Of a stretch of 64,000 bases of DNA, positions 57,335 to 64,000 are shown in pieces (within the stretch, counting starts at the first letter, position 1; every line of letters begins with the position of its first letter). The notes beneath the pieces are model-generated. The model had not been told where the DNA came from and searched no databases. It saw only the letters and a list, made by a program, of their open reading frames with translations. Both the position numbers and the translations under genes were made by a program. Location of the stretch: NCBI GenBank assembly GCA_964016885.1, contig OZ024751.1, positions 12,958,001-13,022,000 on the forward strand, in the 5' to 3' direction. This DNA is from Eledone cirrhosa (taxonomy: Eukaryota).

Positions 57335-58142
57335 AGGTGGTGGTGGTAGTAGGGGGTGGTCGGGGAGATTGTTGGTGGTCGGGGAATCGGTAATTATAAC
57401 GATACGGATGAGAGTGGTGGGGGTGGGGAGTGATGGTAGTGGTAGTGGTGGTGGTGGTGGGGGGGGATCGGTAATTATAACTATACGGATGAGAGTGGTG
57501 GGGGTTGAGATGGTAGTGGGGGTGGTGGGTGAGATGGTAGTGTGGTTGTGGTAGTGGTAGTGGTGGTGGTTGTGATGTTGGCAGTCGGAGCAGTAGTGGT
57601 CATGACAATGATGATGATGGTGATGGTGGTGGTGTGGTCGGGGTGGTGGTAATTATAACGATACGGATGGATGTGATGGTGGTGGTGGTGGTAGTGATGT
57701 TGATGTTGTTGTTGTTGGTGGTGGTGGTGCTGGTAGTGGTTGTGACGCGGACGGTGATATTGGCAGTGAGAGCAGTTGTGGTAATGATGATGATGACGGT
57801 GGTGGAAGAGGGAGGGAGGGGGGCAGCTGATAATTATAAAAATAGGGATGGTGGTGATGTGAAGTGGGGTGGGTGGGTGGGATTGTGATGTTGGCAGTGG
57901 TATTAATGATGGTGATGGTGATGGTGATGGAGGAGAAGGGTGATAATGATGATGGTGATGGTAGGGTATGATGTTGGCTTTGGAAACGATGCAGTTAATG
58001 ATGATGATGATGGTGATGGTGGTGGTGGTGGTGGTGGTGGTAATCAGATGATGGGGATGTTGACTCTGGTGGGAGTGGTGGTGGGGAGGGGGATAATGAC
58101 GATGATGACGGTCGTGTTGGTGGTCGTTGGGGGGGGGGATGT
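57335..58142. repeat. (GGT/GAT)-rich low-complexity region with three copies of GGTAATTATAACKATACGGATG
   Basis: Direct inspection. Confidence 0.85.
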
Positions 58143-58335
58143 CCATGGGTTAATTAAGAATTAAGCAGAGATAATCTACTTTATGTATTAGGTCAGTGGG
58201 ATGTTTAAGGTGGACAGGAGAGGGGGGGGGGGGGTTCAGGATTAGTATTCGGCTTCAATTTTATTTATATTTATTCACGCTATTTATCTATTTATTCTTT
58301 TGTTAGGGATTTTAACAAATGATCTGTTCATTAAA

Positions 58336-59108
58336 TAATTGTTTTTACTTTTGGCACAAGGCCAGCAATTACCCAGTACATTACTGGTACTTTATGTTAT
58401 CAACCCCGTAAGGATGAAAGGCAAAGTTAACCCCGACGGGATTTGAACTCGGACCGTAAAGGGACGTAACTATGCTAGAAAGCATGGTGTCCAACCCTCT
58501 ACCGATACTGACAATCCACCTGTTCATTAAATAATTGTTTCTATTTTTGGCACAAGGCCAGCAATTACCAAGTATATTACTGGTACTTTATTTTATTGAC
58601 ATCTGAATGGATGAAAGGCAAAGTTAACCTCGGCGGGATTTGAACTCGGACCGTAAAGGGACGTAACTATGCTAGAAAGCATGGTGTCCAACCCTCTACC
58701 GATACTGACAATCCACCTGTTCATTAAATAATTGTTTCTATTTTTGGCACAAGGCCAGCAATTACCCAGTACATTACTGGTACTTTATTTTATCGACATC
58801 TGAATGGATGAAAGGCAAAGTTAACCTCGGCGGGTTTTGAACTCGGACCGTAAAGGGACGTAACTATGCTAGAAAGCATGGTGTCCAACCCTCTACCGAT
58901 ACTGACAATCCACCTGTTCATTAAATAATTGTTTCTATTTTTGGCACAAGGCCAGCAATTACCCAGTACATTACTGGTACTTTATTTTATCGACATCTGA
59001 ATGGATGAAAGGCAAAGTTAACCTCGGCGGGATTTGAATTCAGATCGTAAAGGGACGTAACTATGCTGGAAAGCATGTCCGACCCTCTGCCGGTACTGCC
59101 AATCCACC
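58336..59108 (-). mobile_element. Four tandem OK-like SINEs (~197-bp period)
   Basis: CTGTTCATTAAATAAT at 58324, 58520, 58717, 58914 and 59108. Confidence 0.93.
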
Positions 59109-59185
59109 TGTTCATTAAATAATGAATATTTACGCTAGAACACAGCGCATGTTTGAAATTTTAGGGTAAAATTGAGGTAAATATA

Positions 59186-59421
59186 ACGAAGGTAGGCAGA
59201 AAGGTTCATAAGCTAACTATAAAGGAGGGATGCTAGTGTTGTGAAATCTTGCATGCTTTAATTTCAACTTTTCTTATTAATAACTGCACTGTTTCTTTCT
59301 AGGGACTATGTTGAAAAATAAACATCATTTGGTCATTCCATGAGTATATCTTGGTCACCCTATGAACCTTTCAGCCGACCCTCGTGTGTGTATATATGTA
59401 TATATATTCAGCCTACACTCG

Positions 59422-59462
<41 letters not shown>

Positions 59463-59631
59463 ATATATGTGTATATATTCAGTCTACACTCGAATATATA
59501 TATATATATATATATATTCGAGTGTAGGCTGAAAAGTTCATAGGCTAACTATAACGGAGTGATGCTAGAGCCATGAAATCTTGCATACATGAGAGTATCT
59601 TGGTCAGCCTATAAACCTTTCGACTATCGTA
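59186..59631. mobile_element. Two mariner-like MITE remnants plus solo TIR tips
   Basis: TIR ~CGAGKGTAGGCTGAAAAGTTCATAGGCT at 59187 and 59519; inverted at 59351-59384 and 59600-59631; tips at 59408 and 59478. Confidence 0.7.
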
Positions 59632-59723
59632 ACTAGCGTTTTTTCAATTAGACACGATGAGCTATTAAAAAACACGACACCCTCCCCCAAAACACTGAAA
59701 CATAAAATATTATTATTATGTCT

Positions 59724-59910
59724 GTGGATTGGCAGTATTGGTAGAGGGTCGGATGCCATGCTTTGACGCATAGAGTTACGGCCCTTGCTATTCTGAGTTC
59801 AAATCCCGCCGAGGTTAACTTTGCCTTTCATCCTCACGGGGTCGATAAAATAAAGTACCAGTAATACACTGGGTAATTGCTGGCCTTGTGCCTAACGTAG
59901 AAACAGTTAT
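59724..59910 (+). mobile_element. OK-like SINE
   Basis: A and B boxes; TTATGTCT flanking duplication. Confidence 0.9.
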
Positions 59911-60029
59911 GTCTTTATTTCATCGATTCTTGCCAATTGATCATAAAAACACAATCGTCTATCTTTATGGTTCCGTGGACGAAGGAATATTACTATAGCA
60001 ACGCTATATACATGTCATAATTGCTTGGA

Positions 60030-60237
60030 GATTAGGTCACAATTTTGATCCCTCTTACAATCTGGAGATATGGTCAATATTGGGTCTACCCCTGGGTCCC
60101 TTGCCAGTTGGTTTTGCCCGTAAAATCTCTCTAGCAATTCTTTCCTCAGACATTCTAAACACATGTCCATAGTATCAGAACAGTGATCTCTCAATTCTAA
60201 TAAGTTGTGACTCTACCTAGAGTGATTCTCTGATCTC

Positions 60238-60240
<3 letters not shown>
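60030..60240 (-). mobile_element. RTE LINE C-terminal fragment
   Basis: IRIERS..YYGHVFRMSEERIAREIL.AKPTGKGPRGRP. Confidence 0.8.
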
Positions 60241-60280
<40 letters not shown>

Positions 60281-60283
<3 letters not shown>

Positions 60284-60659
60284 GGGGTTTCAAAAGACAT
60301 TGATATCATGGCCCGTTCCCAAGGTTGTCATATTAAAATATATATCTTAAATAAGTGTTATAATTGTTTCTACTTTAGGCACAAGGCCAGCAATTACCCA
60401 GTGCATTACTGGTACTTTATTTTATCGACCCTGTAAGGATGAAAGGCAAAGTCAACCTCGGCGGGATTTGAACTCGGATCGTAAAGGGACGTAATTATGC
60501 TGGAAAGCATGGCGTCCGACCCTCTACCGATACTCCACAGATTTTGAGCAATAACTCTTACCTTGCTCAACTTTATGCCTGTCCCATCTTGTTGTCCTAG
60601 ACTTGGTAGTTTCTAGATATTTATATCTCAAATGATATCAATGTTTTTGAAACACCCTA
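60281..60659. mobile_element. Tc1/mariner-type MITE containing an OK-like SINE (60359-60534, -)
   Basis: TIRs CAGGGGGTTTCAAAAGACATTGATATCAT / ATGATATCAATGTTTTTGAAACACCCT; TA flanks. Confidence 0.75.
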
Positions 60660-60676
60660 TACTATAAAAAAAAAGG

Positions 60677-60882
60677 TAGAGAAGTAGTATCACATATACA
60701 GCTTCAATTAATCACATCATCCTGATATTGCAGATTTCAAATGATGTGATAAATTGAAGCTTTATATGTGATACTGCTTCTCTTCTTTGTTATAATATTG
60801 ACACTTTGTCTTCTATTATAGAGGTAATACCATAAGGTACCCACGTCGGTTAATTGCTTGATCACCCAACACTGATTACTTA
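60677..60882 (+). mobile_element. Imperfect fold-back (~43-bp arms) plus ~95-nt tail ending in a TA tract
   Basis: AGAAGTAGTATCACATATACAGCTTCAATT / AATTGAAGCTTTATATGTGATACTGCTTCT. Confidence 0.55.
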
Positions 60883-60930
60883 ATATATATATCTCTATAT
60901 ATATATATACATTTATATTGGTCTATATAC

Positions 60931-60966
<36 letters not shown>

Positions 60967-60989
60967 ATATATGTGTGTATATATATATG

Positions 60990-61110
60990 TAGGAAAAGAG
61001 TCAGCCCTCGGGGTCTTGACTCTTTTCCTATTACCCAGTCTACTACCCTAAGTATCGAGTACTCTGGTACGTTATGGTCCACCTGGTATCTTACCACACC
61101 TTCTTTGTTA
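60990..61110 (+). mobile_element. Family A diverged copy with a short fold-back
   Basis: TAGGAAAAGAGTCA / TGACTCTTTTCCTA; tail TACTACCCTAAGTATCGAGTACT. Confidence 0.72.
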
Positions 61111-61294
61111 TATCTCTTTCTATATATATATACAGAGAGAGAGAGAGAGAGAGAGAGATCTACAAAATCAAATTGTAAAATAATTATAATATAAAATAAA
61201 ATTAAATTGTTTAGAACTACAAGTGAACTCATTCTTTTCCTTTTTTAAAATATACCTAACTGTACCAAAGGATTTCACACATTTTCCTATATAT

Positions 61295-61490
61295 AAAAGG
61301 AACGATCGACTTTCGTCAAATCGGACCGAGGAAACAACGTTTCCGTTGGTCTTTCCAATTGCTAATACTATCTATCGGTCGCAACTCCAGGTAGAAGGAG
61401 CAACGTGAAATAAAGTGTCTTGCTCAAGGACATAACGCATCGCCTGGTCCAGGAATCGAACTCACAACCTTACCATTTCGAATCCAATTC
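61295..61490 (-). mobile_element. Third copy of the tRNA/Meta-like SINE (short form, 5'-truncated) between TA tracts
   Basis: Close match to 23737-23934; A box missing. Confidence 0.88.
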
Positions 61491-61494
61491 ATAT

Positions 61495-61531
<37 letters not shown>

Positions 61532-62008
61532 CTCGGAAGGAATTTCTCTATTCTTCTTTGAGCTAATAATACTATTATTATTATTATTATTACAGTGAAC
61601 TGCAGAATACTCTTAATTCCGATTTTTGTATATATATATATATATATATATTATTGGAAATTGTGTAAAATCCTTTGGTACAGTTAGATATACAAAAGTA
61701 TATTATAAACAAAGCTTCATACACTTAATAAGTATGTGCTACAATTGGTTTCGGAGTCCAGTCAAGGCCACCACTGTATAATGGAGGAGGTACTTTTAAG
61801 CTATATATATATAAATACCTACTAAATTATAACGATATAGACTACACAGAGATGAGAAATAAGTGAATGAATAAATGAGTGAGGTGAGATAAGAATGAAT
61901 GAACGAATGAGTGAAGCATGCATTGTTTAGGTGAGTGACTGGGATGAGTGTGAGCGAAAGTGAGAGAGGGACCGTGTGTGTGTGAGTAAGAGGTGGAGGA
62001 AGAGAAGA

Positions 62009-62160
62009 TAATTGTTTCTATCATTGGCACAAGGCCATCAATTACCCAGTAGATTACTGGTACTTTATTTTATCGACCCCGTAAGGATGAAAGGCAAAGT
62101 TAACCTCGGCGGGATTTGAACTCAGAATGGCAAGGGCCGTAACTCTATGCATCAAAGCAT
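62009..62160 (-). mobile_element. OK-like SINE, 5'-truncated
   Basis: AAGATAAT flanking duplication. Confidence 0.88.
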
Positions 62161-62446
62161 AAGATAATGAGAATAGATGTCGCTAGTGTCGATACAATGA
62201 AGTGAGAGGGGGTTATGGTTATTAACTGTTTATTGAAAATATATATGGATTAACGTAATCCCATTAAGATTGCTTTCGCTTGATAAGCAATGTTGTAATT
62301 AATTAATAACAAACAAAAAGGTAACGTTTAACTTATATATCTATGCATGTATGTATATGTGTGTATACATGTAATATATATATATATATATGTGTGTATG
62401 TGTGTGTGTATATGTGTGTGTATATATATGTGTGTGTGTGTACATA

Positions 62447-62477
<31 letters not shown>

Positions 62478-63251
62478 ATGTATATATATGTATGTGTGTA
62501 CATATGTGTGTGTGTGTGTACATATATGTGTATATGTGTGTACGTATACATATATGTATATATGTGTATGTATGAATTTATGTGTATATTTATGTATGTG
62601 TATATATAAATGTATATATATATATATTATATATATGTATATATATGACGTCTGAATAAAGGTAGTTATAAGCGTTTAACCTAGATGACGACGACTTTAC
62701 AGAGTCGTTAGGATTTGTACAATTCTTGGTGTTGTCCATTCCAACTTTTTACCCTCAAATCCTGAGATCAAACCCTGACCATATTATAACTTTGCATATC
62801 AACCTGGGTTGATAAATAAACTTACACTACTGCTATGGTTTTTTTGTTTTCTTTAATTCCGTCTGTGTCCCAATTTTCCCTCCTTTTTGGAGGAAATTGG
62901 GTGCAGTCAGAATGGGATCTACTCCACTAGTTTTAAACAGGAAGAGGTGAAGTTGACCGTAAAAGTTTCATGGGTCGATAATGTGAAGTATCAGTCAGAT
63001 ACTGTGCTCAATTTAATCGATTCATTCCTTCTACTCAAATTTCTGAAGTTAATCGATATGACGAAAAGTCTAAGGGTAGTATTTTTTTTTTTTTCTTATC
63101 AAAAATTAGGGTTCGATTCTTCTTCCATTTTTTTTATACGTATTCTCTCCCTTTGTCTTCTATCTTGAAAAAATAGAATTTGGATAAGGATTGACTTCAC
63201 TGAATCTCCTTCCACATCCTATTTCTCTCTCACTCTCTCTCACTCTCTCTC

Positions 63252-63283
<32 letters not shown>

Positions 63284-63305
63284 CATATGTAGATATATAA
63301 TCAAA

Positions 63306-63389
63306 AGATCCTGTGACATACATCCCTCTTCATATACATATATATATATATACATGTATATGAAGAGGGATGTATGTCACAGGATCTAT
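63306..63389. repeat. 30-bp inverted repeat around a TA spacer
   Basis: AGATCCTGTGACATACATCCCTCTTCATAT / ATATGAAGAGGGATGTATGTCACAGGATCT. Confidence 0.85.
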
Positions 63390-63401
63390 ATATATATTTA
63401 T

Positions 63402-63605
63402 ATGAATGAATGAGCCGGGACCCCGACGGCTGAGCTCTTGCCGTGTCAACAGCTAGTTCCAGATTCTGGAACTAGCTGTTGAAACGGCAAGAGCTCAGCC
63501 GTCGGGGTCCCGGCTCATTCATATAATTATACTCTATTACACTAAGTATTGAGTACTCTGGTGAGCAATGGTCTAACCAGTTTCTTACTGAACCCATCTT
63601 GATAG
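63402..63605 (+). mobile_element. Family A sister subfamily fold-back element
   Basis: ~58-bp arms around ~63465; GAAACGGCAAGAGCTCAGCCGTCGGGGTCC; tail TATACTCTATTACACTAAGTATTGAGTACT. Confidence 0.8.
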
Positions 63606-63644
63606 ATATAGATATATATAAACACACACACACGCGCACGCACA

Positions 63645-63737
<93 letters not shown>

Positions 63738-64000
63738 GATGGTTGGAAGATCATTGACGAAGGACTAACTTTATTCATATGTAACCCATTAGCAACCCGC
63801 AGCACGTTTTTCTCATATTTACACATTTTTTTCCCCGCTGTTACACGTCTATTTCGTTCTTACTGCTTCCTCTTTCTCTGTATCTTTACCCTCTCTAGCA
63901 GTCACTCTCTCTCTGTTAACCTCTTCCTCACCCTTCACTCACTCATTCTCTGTTACTACCTCTCCTCCTCCTCCTTCTTCCCGTTTGACCTGTGCGTAAT

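Noticed and set aside
58324-59123. CRISPR-like array of short repeats with spacers
   Set aside because: The spacers are SINE copies, the context is eukaryotic, and there are no cas genes.

Overview
AT-rich, repeat-saturated eukaryotic DNA with no recognisable host gene exon. The dominant tRNA-derived SINE resembles, from recall, the octopus OK family, so an octopod cephalopod is inferred. A large share is (TA)n, (CA)n, (TATG)n and related simple repeat, and nearly all long ORFs in the track are translations of it. Recognisable elements: a 5'-truncated Penelope-like element (PLE) with RT thumb, CxC linker and C-terminal GIY-YIG at 52.4-54.9 kb; a possible decayed PLE at 31-33 kb; an R4/Dong-like RLE LINE fragment; five RTE fragments; a non-autonomous Helitron; mariner/Tc1 MITEs; and about 25 OK-like SINE copies. 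The hidden layer is a population of short inserts in (TA)n tracts. They carry more than a dozen minimal type I hammerhead ribozyme (HHR) motifs, repeat one head-to-head two-arm architecture, and share a covarying bulged stem-loop in their 3' tails. Best candidates for novelty: (1) a tRNA-headed SINE whose 3' end and insertion style are PLE-like, i.e. a possible Penelope-mobilised SINE; (2) the conserved tail stem-loop; (3) a ~430-nt circularly permuted HHR unit resembling a retrozyme. All coordinates and alignments were read by eye and may be off by a few bases. No database searches were run.
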